Assembly (NCBI GenBank): GCA_045863235.1
Contig: BTUM01000006.1
Span: 1-64,000 of the forward strand
Direction: 5' to 3'
Source of the DNA: Candidatus Xenobia bacterium
GTDB taxonomy: Bacteria; Vulcanimicrobiota; Xenobia; Xenobiales; QWHO01
DNA: 64,000 bases
Shown piece after piece: positions 45,288 through 55,740 of this stretch. A program made the translations under genes and the position numbers. The notes beneath the pieces are model-generated. The model saw only the letters and a list, made by a program, of their open reading frames with translations. It was not told where the DNA came from and did not search any database. Each line of letters opens with the position of its first letter. The stretch's first letter is position 1.

Positions 45288-45719
45288 CTATTTTCGGCTC
45301 TTGGCCAGGGCGATCTGCTCATTCAGCTTTGTGATGCGCGCACGACGCTGTTCCAAGACCGGCATCATCGCCTGGAGCTGCTGGATTTCACCATCCAGAG
45401 CCTGAAGCTCGGACTGCTGTTTGGGCTTGTAATCGGCGTAGCTCACCGGCTGGACCGTGCTCAGCTTGCGGGGAGAATCGACCCGGGGAAGGGTCTTCTT
45501 GGGCGGCTTCTTCCCGCTCTCTAGCGCCTGGAGCTGGCTCTCGAGGATCGTAATGGTTTCGTTCAGTGCGGGGAGATTGGCGATCTCTGCCCTGAGTTCG
45601 CCAAGCAAGGCTTCCCGTTGCTTGACGGCGGTGTTGTAGCTCGGTTTCTGGGCCTGGCCTGGCGCGCAGAGCAACACCAGGAGCAGCAGCCCGATGCTCA
45701 ATGACTTTGAACGGAGCAT
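45288..45719 (-). CDS. Hypothetical secreted coiled-coil protein
   Basis: Signal peptide (LLLLVLLCAPGQA) and two heptad-rich segments. Confidence 0.65.
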   Translation of the reverse strand: MLRSKSLSIGLLLLVLLCAPGQAQKPSYNTAVKQREALLGELRAEIANLPALNETITILESQLQALESGKKPPKKTLPRVDSPRKLSTVQPVSYADYKPKQQSELQALDGEIQQLQAMMPVLEQRRARITKLNEQIALAKSRK

Positions 45720-45977
45720 GCCTTCACCCCCTTGAATTGGCTAAGACGGTATTCTAGAGCAACGCGCCAAGGTCTTTTCCGGAAATTTAACCGCTGCGCG
45801 CAGAAGTCGCCCCTTCATCTTGACGCCGCGCAGAACAAGTTCGGGCCCAACTCTGCGCCTTGCTCCTCGGCGCGCGTTGAATGAGTTGGCGGGGCGCCGT
45901 TCAACCACAACGCGCACGAAGGTCATCCTCCTCCGCCTGACTGGCGCCTCGTCAGCTCTCTTGCTATACTGCCCGGC

Positions 45978-46625
45978 ATGCGGACCCGATTGCTCCTCTG
46001 CCTGCTGCTTGCCGCGCTGGGCCTGGCCGACACGCCCACCGACCGCATGCTGTCCATCGCTCGTCAGGAGTGGGAATACTTCGGTCGCCAGACGATCGTG
46101 GCAGGCAAGATCGTCCAGGAGGGCCACAAGGAGAGCGAGGACGTCTATTCCGACCGGGTGGCGCTCTACTGGAAGGAGGGCGTCAACCTCAACTGGACCG
46201 GCAAGGACACCCATGAGCCCTGGTCGGCGGCCTTCATCTCCTACGTCATGCGCAAAGCCGGGTTGGGGGATCGCTTCGAATACTCCGAGTGGCACGCTCA
46301 CTACATTCGTCGCGCCATTCGGGCCCGACGCGAGCGGGATCCCCGCTACGCTTTCTGGGCCTATCGCCTCTCCGAGCGGGCTCCTCAGGTGGGGGACATC
46401 GTTTGCTATGCCCGCGAGGACGGCATCGACTTCGACCGCCAGCGCGAGGTCTACAAGTCGCACGGCGACCTGGTGGTGGCCGTGCGGCCCGGGGAGATCG
46501 ACGTGATCGGCGGCAACGTGCAGGACTCGGTCAGCCTCAAGACCCTGGCCACCGACGCCGAGGGCAAGCTGATCGACCAGAATCAGCGCTGGTTCGCGGT
46601 GCTGGCCAATCGCCTAACCCGCTGA
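45978..46625 (+). CDS. DUF2272 domain-containing secreted protein
   Basis: Signal peptide; A..EW..FG, PWSAAFISYVM, H..YI, P.VGD.VC, SH.D.VV, IGGNV.DSV. Confidence 0.88.
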   Translation: MRTRLLLCLLLAALGLADTPTDRMLSIARQEWEYFGRQTIVAGKIVQEGHKESEDVYSDRVALYWKEGVNLNWTGKDTHEPWSAAFISYVMRKAGLGDRFEYSEWHAHYIRRAIRARRERDPRYAFWAYRLSERAPQVGDIVCYAREDGIDFDRQREVYKSHGDLVVAVRPGEIDVIGGNVQDSVSLKTLATDAEGKLIDQNQRWFAVLANRLTR

Positions 46626-49043
46626 GGCAATCGGCAGGCGCACCACGAAGCGCGCCCCCGCGCCTGCATCGGCATACTCCAGGCGCCCCCCGTGCTGGGC
46701 CACGATCTGGTGGCTCACCGACAGGCCAAGTCCGGTCCCCTTGCCCACCGGTTTGGTGGTAAAGAAGGGCTCGAAGAGGTGAGGCACGACCTCAGCCGGC
46801 ACGCCCGGCCCGTCATCTTCCACGCTCAAGAAGACTTCGCTGGGACCGCGCCAGGTGCGCACCCGCACCCGGCGCGAGCGGGCCCCCGGGCCGGAGACGG
46901 CGTCGCGTGCGTTGATGAGCAGGTTGGTCACCACCTGCTGCAACTGGCTGGGGTTGCCCTGCACGGAGGGGAGCTCGCTGGTCTCCACGGCCAGCTCGAC
47001 CCGGTCCTGGTTGAGCTGGTAGCGGAGCAAGCCCAGGGTGTCCTCCACCACCTGGTTCAGGTTGGCGTCCTGGAACGTGGGAGCCTCGCGGCCCTGGCAA
47101 TAGATCAAGAGGTTGCTCACGATCTTCTGGGCCTGGTCGGTGGCTGCCCGGAGCTTCTCCAATCGCTTGACCACGATGTCGGGCCGATCGGCCTTCAGCT
47201 GGGCTCCCTCGGCCGCCAGCCGGATGGCCGCCAGGGGGGTGTTCAGCTCGTGAGCCACCCCTGCCGCCAGCTGACCCACGGCCGCCAGCTTGCTGGTCTG
47301 CAAGAGCTGGGATTGGGCATCCTTGAGGTCCTGGTGGTGGCGCACATTGGAGTAGGCCACCGCCGACAGAAAGCCGATCAGGAAGAGCAGGTCCTGATCC
47401 TCACGGCTGAAGGCGCCAGGCTCGGAGGCGGTCAGGATCAGCACACCCAGACAATCGCTCTCCACCAGCAGGGGCACCCCCACCAGGCTGCGCTGGCCGG
47501 CGACCAGGGGCGTGAAGCGAGACTTCGTCACATCGTCGAGCAAGAGGGGACGCCGATTGGTCCGGATGGTCTCGGCCAGGCTCACGGTGGCGGCCCGGTC
47601 GGGGGTGCCGCCCCAGAAGCGCAGGGGAGCGAGGGCTCCGTCGGGTTTTCTGGCCAGCAGGATGCCCCAGTTGTGGGCCACCACCTGAGCGGCCATCTGC
47701 TCCACTCGCAAGGCCATCTCATCCAGCTCCAGCGTGCCGGCCACCAGGCGGGTGCCCTCCAGCAGCGAGGCCAACCGCTCCACCCAGCCCTGCAGGCGCT
47801 CGTGGGCGGCCCGGTGCATCTCCAGGGCCTCCAGCTCGGCCTGGCGGCGGCGGGCCGATTGCAGGGCCACCAGCGTCTGGGCCCCCACCACCGCCAGAAG
47901 GTCGCGGGTCTCCTCGGGGAAGCCCTCGGGATCGTTGCTGCCCACGTAGAGCACGTAGCCATCCAGCGGCATGGCCAGCCCCACAGACTCGCCCTCGAAC
48001 AAGCGCGAGGGATTGGTCTGGCCGGTCCGGTAAACGGGCTGGCCGGTGCGCATGGCCTCCTCCACGCAGGGCTCGCCCAGTTGCAGCAGGCTGGCGTTCT
48101 CCAGGCGCGTCTGGTGGGGCGTGCGCGAGCTGAGGGGCCAGAGCCGGCCTTCCTGAACCAGGAAGAGCACCACGCTCTCGGCCCGGGGGGTAGTCTGGCT
48201 GACCATGTCCAGCACCAGCTCGGCGGTGCTGCTCACGGCCTCGCTGCGCGTCAGCGAGCGGGTCACACGCTCCAGCCGGCGCAGCTCTTGAGCTTTGTTG
48301 ACGGCCACCAGGTGGACGTGCTCGAGCTGGTACTGCAGCTGATCCAGGCGGTTGGCGCTCTCTTCGAGCCGGCGCTCCAGCGAGTCGCGCTCGCGCTTTT
48401 GCACCAGCTCGCCCGAGGAGAGGGGCCGCAAGAGCTCCTGGAAGGCGATGAGGGCGGGGAGAAGCCAGAGCGCTCCGGGCCGGGTCAGGGGCACCACCAG
48501 GAGCGCCAGACACGGGAGGGCCCAGGTCAGGCGGCTGCGGGCCTGCCCCCAGGCCAGATTCTCGTCGGCTGTGAGCTCGCTGGCCAGCACTCCCGGGAAG
48601 AAGACGCTCAGGCCCAGCCAGGCGATCAGCACGGCCCAGGGGGGGAAGCCCGCTCCCACCAGCGAGACGGCTGCCAGCAGCGGGAGCGCATCGGCCAGGA
48701 ACTCGCGCAGCCGTCCGGCCAGTTCGGGTCGTCCCCTCAGCAGGCTTCGGGCAACCAGTGCACCGCAGCCGGTCAGAGCAGCCATCGCCGGTCCCAGCGG
48801 GGTGAGGGCCATGGCCAGCACCAGAGCGCTTGCCGCCGAGAGAAAGCCGAAGGCCTCCAGGCGGGGGGCCCGTAGCTCCAGCAGCACCGCCACCCCGGCC
48901 AGGAGCGCTCCGGCCAGCGGACCCTCGATCAGCCCATCAAGCAGGATGATCTGCCCCGGCGGATGGCCTCGCATCAGGTTGCCGGCCAGCATCACCAGGC
49001 ACAAGACCAGGGTGAGCAGCGCGACCGGTCCGGCTCTGTACAC
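46614..49043 (-). CDS. Membrane-bound GAF-GAF sensor histidine kinase
   Basis: N-terminal TMs, two GAF-like regions, H-box GQLAAGVAHELNTPL, NLLINARDA, DDGPG, FEPFFTTKPVGKGTGLGL. Confidence 0.93.
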   Translation of the reverse strand: MYRAGPVALLTLVLCLVMLAGNLMRGHPPGQIILLDGLIEGPLAGALLAGVAVLLELRAPRLEAFGFLSAASALVLAMALTPLGPAMAALTGCGALVARSLLRGRPELAGRLREFLADALPLLAAVSLVGAGFPPWAVLIAWLGLSVFFPGVLASELTADENLAWGQARSRLTWALPCLALLVVPLTRPGALWLLPALIAFQELLRPLSSGELVQKRERDSLERRLEESANRLDQLQYQLEHVHLVAVNKAQELRRLERVTRSLTRSEAVSSTAELVLDMVSQTTPRAESVVLFLVQEGRLWPLSSRTPHQTRLENASLLQLGEPCVEEAMRTGQPVYRTGQTNPSRLFEGESVGLAMPLDGYVLYVGSNDPEGFPEETRDLLAVVGAQTLVALQSARRRQAELEALEMHRAAHERLQGWVERLASLLEGTRLVAGTLELDEMALRVEQMAAQVVAHNWGILLARKPDGALAPLRFWGGTPDRAATVSLAETIRTNRRPLLLDDVTKSRFTPLVAGQRSLVGVPLLVESDCLGVLILTASEPGAFSREDQDLLFLIGFLSAVAYSNVRHHQDLKDAQSQLLQTSKLAAVGQLAAGVAHELNTPLAAIRLAAEGAQLKADRPDIVVKRLEKLRAATDQAQKIVSNLLIYCQGREAPTFQDANLNQVVEDTLGLLRYQLNQDRVELAVETSELPSVQGNPSQLQQVVTNLLINARDAVSGPGARSRRVRVRTWRGPSEVFLSVEDDGPGVPAEVVPHLFEPFFTTKPVGKGTGLGLSVSHQIVAQHGGRLEYADAGAGARFVVRLPIASAG

Positions 49044-49044
49044 G

Positions 49045-50322
49045 CTAGACCCGCTGCATCAGCTGGTAGATCGGCAGGAAGGCCGCCAGCATCACGGTTC
49101 CGACCACCACGCCCAGGAAGGCCAGGAGCACCGGCTCGATGAGCTGCAAGAGAGAGTCGAGGTAGTTGTCCAGGTCGAGCTCGGTCATCTCCGAGTAGCG
49201 CAAGAAGGCGGCATCGAGATTGCCCACGTTCTCGAAGCTGGTCACCAGGCCGAGCAGCACGGGCGAGAACTCGCCCACGTGGGTCATGGCCTGGGAGACC
49301 TCCACCCCGTGGGCGATCTCCTCGTGCATGGCCTTGAGGGCGGCGTCGAACTTGTGGTAGCCGGTGCCACCGGCGCGCAGCAGCTTCAGGGCCGTGTCCA
49401 GCGTCACCCCGGTGCGCAGCATCTGCCCCAGGCTGCGGCACAGGCGGATCAGGAGATCGGTGCGCATGATGTAGCCTGTGAGCGGAAACTCGTAGGTCAG
49501 CCGGGAGAAGAAAAGCTGAGCCGCCGGGGTGTGGCGGGCCACGTACCACCAGGTCGCGATGGCCAGGACCAGGCCCAGCGGAATGAGATAGAAGGCCGGG
49601 TGGGCCAGGGCCATGACCGCTTTGGTCAGGGCCGGCACCTCGGCTCCGGTCTGGCCGGCCGCGTCCAGGAATCGGGGCAGCATGGAGGTGATCAGGAAGG
49701 CCAGCATGCCGAAGGTGAGCAGCAGCACGAAGGCGGGATAGCTGAGCGCGGCCAGCAGCCTCGATTTGCGGCTCTGCAGACGGGTCAGGAATTCGCCCAG
49801 GTCGCCCAGCACCTCGTAGAGGGCTCCAGTGCTCTCGGCCACCCGGATCATGCTGACGTAAACTGGGCCGAACACCCGCGGCAGGCGGGCCATGGCCACC
49901 GACAGAGGCCGTCCTGAATCGACCTGGGTCAGCACCTCGTAGGCAGCCTGGCTCATGGCCGGGTCATCCCCCTGGGACAGGGCGGCCAGCGAACGGCTCA
50001 TGGGGACGTTGGCCCGGAGCAGGGTGGCGAACTGGACTGTGAAGAGCGCAAGCGCTTTGAGCGAGGGGACCTTCTTGGTTTTGGCTGGCGGGGTGATGAT
50101 GGGTGCGGCGCTATCCACCTTCATGCGATGAGCGCGTACCCTGGGCGGACCGGCGGAGGGCAGCCTGGCCTCCGGCAGGATCTCGGCCTGCACGCGGGTG
50201 ACCCGTACGACCCGCCAGCCCCGTCGGGTCAGCTCAGCTCGGACTGCCTCTTCCGAGGTCGCCTCGAGGAGCCCGTCGCGGCCGCGTCCCCCCTCGTCGA
50301 GGCAGCGATAGGTGAAGAGCAT
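49045..50322 (-). CDS. Type II secretion F / type IV pilus inner-membrane platform protein (PilC/GspF family)
   Basis: F.Y...D..G....G.LEA, FT.QFATLL, G..LS.AM...P.VF...YV.MI...E..G.L, AL.YP, LIEP. Confidence 0.9.
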   Translation of the reverse strand: MLFTYRCLDEGGRGRDGLLEATSEEAVRAELTRRGWRVVRVTRVQAEILPEARLPSAGPPRVRAHRMKVDSAAPIITPPAKTKKVPSLKALALFTVQFATLLRANVPMSRSLAALSQGDDPAMSQAAYEVLTQVDSGRPLSVAMARLPRVFGPVYVSMIRVAESTGALYEVLGDLGEFLTRLQSRKSRLLAALSYPAFVLLLTFGMLAFLITSMLPRFLDAAGQTGAEVPALTKAVMALAHPAFYLIPLGLVLAIATWWYVARHTPAAQLFFSRLTYEFPLTGYIMRTDLLIRLCRSLGQMLRTGVTLDTALKLLRAGGTGYHKFDAALKAMHEEIAHGVEVSQAMTHVGEFSPVLLGLVTSFENVGNLDAAFLRYSEMTELDLDNYLDSLLQLIEPVLLAFLGVVVGTVMLAAFLPIYQLMQRV

Positions 50323-50326
50323 TCGG

Positions 50327-51238
50327 TCAGGATACCGGGGTCTTTACGTCGGCCCCCCAGGCCTTCTCGTAGAGTTGCTCGAGCTCCGGGCTGGCGGTGC
50401 GAGCCTCGGTTGAGAGTTGACGCAGGAAGGGCGCCAGTTTGACCTGCTCGACCGAGAGCTCGCCGGCCTTGATGCGCCGGAAGAATCGATTGAAGTCAGG
50501 CACGGCCACCTGATGAGGCTTGCGGCTGGCGGGCTGGGCCCGCAGGCCGGCCCGGCTCAGGGCGGCCATCAGCTCCACCACGTGGCGGTAGCCGTCGGCC
50601 AGGGCCTGGCGCTCCTTGCCGTGGAAGCCGGGAGTCTTGAGCTGCTCGCGGTCGGTCTCGAGCTGTTCGAGCCGGTCCCACATCCCCAGTCCGTCTCCCT
50701 GCACCAGCATGCCCGAACGGATGGCAACGTACAGGCTCTGGAAGGCCCGGTCGCGGAGTCGCTCGAGGGAGGCCAGCTCGGCCTGCGAGATGGCCGTGCC
50801 GGCCAGCCGGGCCAATGCCTTGAGGGAGTGGTTGACGGCCCCCACGACCTGCTCGTAGAGGGACTTCTCCTTTTCGACCTCCAGCACGCGCTCGACGGCG
50901 GTGAGGAACTGGGCGATCCCGAAGGGCTTGAAGAGGTAGTCCTCGGCTTCCACCCGGATGGCCCGCCCGGGAGCGTCGTCGGAGGCGTAGCCAGTGATGA
51001 CGATGCTGCGCAGGTCGGGCTGGATGAAGCGCATCTGCTGCAGGCACTGGATGCCGTCCATCTCATCCATGCGAACGTCCGTGACCACCAGGTCGAAGAT
51101 GTTCTCGCGCGCCAGGGCCAGCGCCTCGGACGGGCTCGAGGCACCGTAGACCAGATACTGGTCGTAGTCTTCCAGCGTGGTGACCAGGATGTCCCGCAAG
51201 GTGGGATCATCCTCCACGATCAGGATGGCCCAGGACAA
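50327..51238 (-). CDS. Response regulator (REC plus uncharacterised C-terminal domain)
   Basis: ILIVEDD, DLVVTDVRM..MDG, ITGY, DYLFKPF. Confidence 0.9.
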   Translation of the reverse strand: MSWAILIVEDDPTLRDILVTTLEDYDQYLVYGASSPSEALALARENIFDLVVTDVRMDEMDGIQCLQQMRFIQPDLRSIVITGYASDDAPGRAIRVEAEDYLFKPFGIAQFLTAVERVLEVEKEKSLYEQVVGAVNHSLKALARLAGTAISQAELASLERLRDRAFQSLYVAIRSGMLVQGDGLGMWDRLEQLETDREQLKTPGFHGKERQALADGYRHVVELMAALSRAGLRAQPASRKPHQVAVPDFNRFFRRIKAGELSVEQVKLAPFLRQLSTEARTASPELEQLYEKAWGADVKTPVS

Positions 51239-51341
51239 AGGTCTACCCTCCGCGGATGAGTTGCTAGACCGCGTCCACGAGGGGGTTTGCGGCCGGGTCC
51301 CAGGTGGGTTCGGCGCGCGGGGTGGGGTTTTCCTGGGAGGC

Positions 51342-53462
51342 TCAGACTCCCCAGCCGGTCAGCTCCCACGACTCGAGCAGGGCATGATAGGTGGGCAACA
51401 CGCCGTAGGTCTTGATCAAAGCCGCCGCCCAGCGCTGGGTCACGGCGTCGGCTGTGGCCTTGCCCGACAACACGCAGCGGTAGACCCGGTAGTAGCGGCT
51501 TCCGGACTTGCGACTGGAGCTGTGGCACTGAGCTCTCACCGCGCGGATGGCCCACTCGACCTGGGGCAGGCTGAAGTAGAGGGCGGCCGGAGGGTAGCTC
51601 TCGGCGGCTCTGCTCAGCAGGCTCTCGATCTCTTTTTGCAGTCGCGCGATGTCGGGAGAGATCAGCTTGCGGCGGCGGGAGAGCTCGTCGCGGCGGCGCT
51701 CGGCCGGCGAGATGGTGAAGATGTTGAGGCTGTCCCAGACGGTCACCTCGCTCCTGGCCTGCTCGAGCTCTTGCGCCACCCGCTGCTCGGTGGCGATCAG
51801 CTCGTGCAGGTTGGTCACCATGGCCGGAAAGTCGGTGCCCTGCAGCCGGTGGGCCAGCATTCCGGCCAACTGGGTGGGGGAGACCGGAGGATAGCCGGCC
51901 ACCGGGTCGGGCTTGACCTCCAGGTCGAGGGGGACGGCCGCGGCTACCTGCTTGAGGAAGTCGAGATAGGTCCCGCGCAGTCCGTACTCGTTGAGGATGA
52001 CCAGCAGGGCCTGGTAGAGGCGCAGGCAGTGCTCCTGGTTGTGCACCGGACAGGATTTCGGCTGACCGCTGCTGCCGCTGTCGGTGTGCATGCGGCTGAC
52101 GCCTTCCACCAGGGTCTGGGCCGCATCGCGCAGCCGGAAGCCCAGCAGCACGTGGGCTGCCTCACGGGTGGCCTGCACCAGGGCGCGTTCGGCTTCTTGC
52201 AGGGCGTGCTCGTGCCACTCGCGCCGCTGGCTCAGCTCGAGCAAGCGCTTTTGAGGCTCGCTGCTCTTCCAGAAGGCAAGTTGATCGACCGGAGAGACCA
52301 GCCTCTTCGTCTTGCTGACCTCGGCCTGGAGCGCGGCCACCATCAGGGCGTGGCTCAAGGCTCGCTCGCGCTGCCTCGAGGCGTGACCCCGATTCACCTG
52401 GTCGAGGAAGGCCTTGAGGGGACCGGCCGGGGGCGCGGCCGGTACCACGTATTCGCGCGGCAGCTTGATGGCCGGAAAGGCCTTCCGGAAGGCTTCATGC
52501 AGCCGGCGCAGGGAGGCCAGAACCAGATGACGAGAGGCCACCACGGGAGCCATCACCACCTTGCCCTGTATCCCCAGAGTCTCCTCGTGCGCGACGCGCA
52601 CCCGAGCGAGCAGCGATTGGGCCTCCAAGGCCCGCAGGTAGATGCCCAGGGGCGGGAAGGCGGACAGGGCCCGGTAGGCCTGCTCGCGGATCTCCTCGCT
52701 GCGGCGGAAGAGCTCGCTGCGCGAGGAGGACAAGAGCAGCTTGAGCTCCTCCTCTCGAGCCTCGGCGGGGCTCTTCTCCAGCACGTTGATGCGCTCGAAG
52801 GCGGAGATGACCGAGGAGACCTCGCGCAGCTCGGCCTCCAGCTTGACCACCCTGGCGGCCACCTCGCCCTGGGCTTTCAAGAGCGGAAAGATGGCCGGGC
52901 CGAGCTGGCGAGCAACCAGGGGTCGCAGGCTCTGGGAGTTGATGGGGGGATAGCCGGCTGGCCATTCGGTGGGAGCTTCGCGGGCGGCCAGCTCGCGGCA
53001 GACGGCCTCGTCGCTCAGGCCGCGCAGCACGTCTTCCCAGTCGAGCTCGGGGGCGAACTGGGACAGCACCTTGTCGGCCAGGGCCTGCAGGCTGGCCGCC
53101 AGAGGCCGGGTGCGGGGCGGATTGAGCCACAGGTCGCGGCGCGCCTGGCGCAGTACCAGCTCGATGGCCGAGGCCAGCTCCAGCTCGATCGTCTCGTAGC
53201 GCAGGCCTCGCAGCTGCTCTTCGATGGTGGCGTCCACCGCCTTGATCTCCGAGCGCACCTTGCGATGCTCGGCTTTGAGGGCGTTCAGCTTGACCTCGTC
53301 GGGGGTCAGGTGGAGCACGTTGAGGCGGTCCCAACTGGGGATGCGCTGCTCCAGGCTGAAAATCTGGGCCTCGAGCTGGCGGTCGCGCTCGAGCAGAGCT
53401 CTCTCTTGCTCGAACTTCTCCACGATGCCCAGCTCGCGCAGCCGGTCGGAAAGCCAGTCCAT
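51342..53462 (-). CDS. Hypothetical helical protein with internal duplication
   Basis: 706-aa ORF with repeated motifs (WDRLNV/FERINV/WDSLNI; AGYPP twice). Confidence 0.75.
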   Translation of the reverse strand: MDWLSDRLRELGIVEKFEQERALLERDRQLEAQIFSLEQRIPSWDRLNVLHLTPDEVKLNALKAEHRKVRSEIKAVDATIEEQLRGLRYETIELELASAIELVLRQARRDLWLNPPRTRPLAASLQALADKVLSQFAPELDWEDVLRGLSDEAVCRELAAREAPTEWPAGYPPINSQSLRPLVARQLGPAIFPLLKAQGEVAARVVKLEAELREVSSVISAFERINVLEKSPAEAREEELKLLLSSSRSELFRRSEEIREQAYRALSAFPPLGIYLRALEAQSLLARVRVAHEETLGIQGKVVMAPVVASRHLVLASLRRLHEAFRKAFPAIKLPREYVVPAAPPAGPLKAFLDQVNRGHASRQRERALSHALMVAALQAEVSKTKRLVSPVDQLAFWKSSEPQKRLLELSQRREWHEHALQEAERALVQATREAAHVLLGFRLRDAAQTLVEGVSRMHTDSGSSGQPKSCPVHNQEHCLRLYQALLVILNEYGLRGTYLDFLKQVAAAVPLDLEVKPDPVAGYPPVSPTQLAGMLAHRLQGTDFPAMVTNLHELIATEQRVAQELEQARSEVTVWDSLNIFTISPAERRRDELSRRRKLISPDIARLQKEIESLLSRAAESYPPAALYFSLPQVEWAIRAVRAQCHSSSRKSGSRYYRVYRCVLSGKATADAVTQRWAAALIKTYGVLPTYHALLESWELTGWGV

Positions 53463-53561
53463 GGTTGAAGGCGTTTCGAGCCCGCCGGGAGGACTCCTAC
53501 AGTTGCGCGCCTTGACAAGATCAGAGTATCAATGCGTGCAACGACAGACAATCTGCTGAAC

Positions 53562-53591
53562 GGTGCCGCGCTAGTTTCCTAGCGCGGCACC
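53562..53591 (-). terminator. Stem-loop directly after the lipoprotein stop
   Basis: Perfect 13-bp GGTGCCGCGCTAG-tttc-CTAGCGCGGCACC (GAAA loop on the minus strand); no clear U-tract. Confidence 0.6.
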
Positions 53592-54176
53592 CTATTGCCC
53601 GGCGGCCGGCTTGGCGGGGGCGGAAGCCGTTGTATCCTGATCGCGGAAGCTCTCGATGACCTTGCGCAGGTCGTCCTCCTGGCTTCCCCAGCGCGACTTG
53701 AGCGTCCAGGTCAGCATCTGGCAGAAGCTCTTGCCGGTCTCGATCGTGGTATGGATGAAGACCACCTTGATGTTGTCCACGCTGCCATTGATGACGTACT
53801 GAATGGCCGGGCAGCCGTTGATCGTCAGTTTGACCGGCTCGGAGAGCTCGGCGTTCTTCATGCTCGACTCGATGGAGGAGAGGGTCAGCTCGGCGTGCTT
53901 CTCGAGCGTCATGTCCTCGAAGTCTTCCTTCTTCTCGTCGAGCAGCACCACGTAGAGCTCTTTCACCTTCTGGTGGGCGCCCAGGTCAGCCTCGTCATGC
54001 AGGCTGTCGTCGCGGGTCCAGTCGCCCGGCACCACCACCGAAAGCCGCTTGTCGGCCGTGGTGATGGTCTGGGGAGGCTTGTTGGCGTCCATCCCGGCCT
54101 TGACACCCTGGATGATGGCTCCGCAACCGAGCTGGGCCAGCAATCCCAGCAGGACGGCAAATCGAAGAATTCGCAT
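53592..54176 (-). CDS. Lipoprotein, possibly PsbP/DcrB-like fold
   Basis: Lipobox-like LAQLGC; VVPGDW, TING.PA, terminal VIESF pattern. Confidence 0.7.
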   Translation of the reverse strand: MRILRFAVLLGLLAQLGCGAIIQGVKAGMDANKPPQTITTADKRLSVVVPGDWTRDDSLHDEADLGAHQKVKELYVVLLDEKKEDFEDMTLEKHAELTLSSIESSMKNAELSEPVKLTINGCPAIQYVINGSVDNIKVVFIHTTIETGKSFCQMLTWTLKSRWGSQEDDLRKVIESFRDQDTTASAPAKPAAGQ

Positions 54177-54339
54177 CGCTCATGATTCGGGGGCTGGAAG
54201 AGATTGTCCTTGAGTACCGCTTCGTACTCCCTCGCATGGACTGTGCGATGAATTCTCAACAGGTTGAGCTTCGTCGCATCGCCTGTGCCACAACACTTTG
54301 GAAGCGGTTCGAAACGTGGCACGGTCAATGCGACGAAGT

Positions 54340-55740
54340 TTAGGGCCGGGAAAGGCTGAAGAAGAACTCGGTGCCGCCCTGCTCGCGCGGGCGCGCTCCC
54401 AGCTCGTGACCGTGGCGACGCACCACCTCGGAGGCGATGGCCAGCCCCAGCCCGAGGTTCCCCAGGGTCGAAGAGGAGCCAGTGCGCCGGTGGCGCTCGA
54501 AGAGGTCGCTCTGGCTCAGCCCCGGGCCTTCGTCGCGCAGAGCCACGCGCACGGTATCCTCTTGCTCCTCCACGGCCAGCTCCAGCCGGCTGCCGGCCGG
54601 GGAGACCCGGATCGCGTTGTCGAGCAGGTTCTCCACCACGCGCTGCAACTTGCCGGCGTCGCCCATGACCTCGACCTCGTCGGGTCCCACGATGTCCAGG
54701 GTGATGTTCTTCTTGCGCGCTTCCTGCTCGAAATTGTCGCCGGCTGTCTCGAGCAGCGAGACCAGCTCGAAGCGCTCCAGCTTCAGCTCGTAGTAGTCGA
54801 GTTTTTGCAGCTCGATGAGCCGGGAGATGAGCTCGGAGAGCCGACCTGACTCGCGCTCGAGGTTGCGCAACAAGCGCTCGCGGGCTTCGCCGTCGGCTCC
54901 CCGCATGAGCGCTTCCACCGAGCCGCAAAGGCCGGTCACGGGGGTCTTCAGCTCGTGGGCCACGTCTTCCATGAAGTGGCGGGTCTTGAGCTTCTCGTCC
55001 TCGAGCAGGGCCACTTTCTCCTTGAGCGATTGCACCAGGCGGTTGAAGCCTTCGCCGATGGTGGCCAGCTCGCCGCCGCCCTGCACTTCGATCTCTTCGG
55101 GCTCGTCGGCGACCCGCAGGGCCAGGTTGCGCAGGTTCTTGACCGAGCGGCGCAGATGGCCGGAAACGTAGAGGGCGGCCAGAAAGACTCCAAAGGTGAG
55201 CACCACCAGACCGTCGCGGGCGCTGGCCCGCAGGGCTCCCAGGCGTTGCAGGATGCCGTCGGTGGAATGGGACAGGTAGGTCACCCCCACGATCTCCTCG
55301 CCATAGTAGACGGGTACCGCCACGAAGAGTGCCAGCGAGCGCTCGGTTTCATCCGAGTAGCGGGTGTAAGCCGCCCAGCGGCCCTGGTAGGCCTGCTCGA
55401 TCTCGGGGCGGAACCGCAGCGAGGCCTGTCTCTCGGAAGGGATCTCCAGCGAGTCGGCCACCAGGTTGCGCTCGCGGTCGAGCAGGCGCACTCTGGAGCC
55501 GGTGGCGTTCTGGGTGGCCACCAGCTCGCGCCAGATGGCCTCGGCCCGGCCCTCGGCCAGGGGAGCCGAGGCCAGCTCGGCCAGGGCGGTCGCGCTGCTC
55601 AGCATTTCATCTTGCAGTTGGGCCAGGGCGTCGCGCTCGGTCTTACGCAGCAGGGCCAGCAGCAGGCCTGAGCTGGCGATCAGGGTCAGGGCCACCAGCA
55701 GCCAGGGGCCCCACAGGCGGATATTCGGGCGGCCGATCAC
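54340..55740 (-). CDS. HAMP sensor histidine kinase
   Basis: Two TMs, GEL..I...FN, DVAHELKTP, ENLLDNA, DEGPG, GLGLAI. Confidence 0.93.
   Translation of the reverse strand: MIGRPNIRLWGPWLLVALTLIASSGLLLALLRKTERDALAQLQDEMLSSATALAELASAPLAEGRAEAIWRELVATQNATGSRVRLLDRERNLVADSLEIPSERQASLRFRPEIEQAYQGRWAAYTRYSDETERSLALFVAVPVYYGEEIVGVTYLSHSTDGILQRLGALRASARDGLVVLTFGVFLAALYVSGHLRRSVKNLRNLALRVADEPEEIEVQGGGELATIGEGFNRLVQSLKEKVALLEDEKLKTRHFMEDVAHELKTPVTGLCGSVEALMRGADGEARERLLRNLERESGRLSELISRLIELQKLDYYELKLERFELVSLLETAGDNFEQEARKKNITLDIVGPDEVEVMGDAGKLQRVVENLLDNAIRVSPAGSRLELAVEEQEDTVRVALRDEGPGLSQSDLFERHRRTGSSSTLGNLGLGLAIASEVVRRHGHELGARPREQGGTEFFFSLSRP

Noticed and set aside
53512..53540. TTGACA as a plus-strand promoter
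   Set aside because: No -10 element at 16-18 nt spacing and no plus-strand gene downstream.
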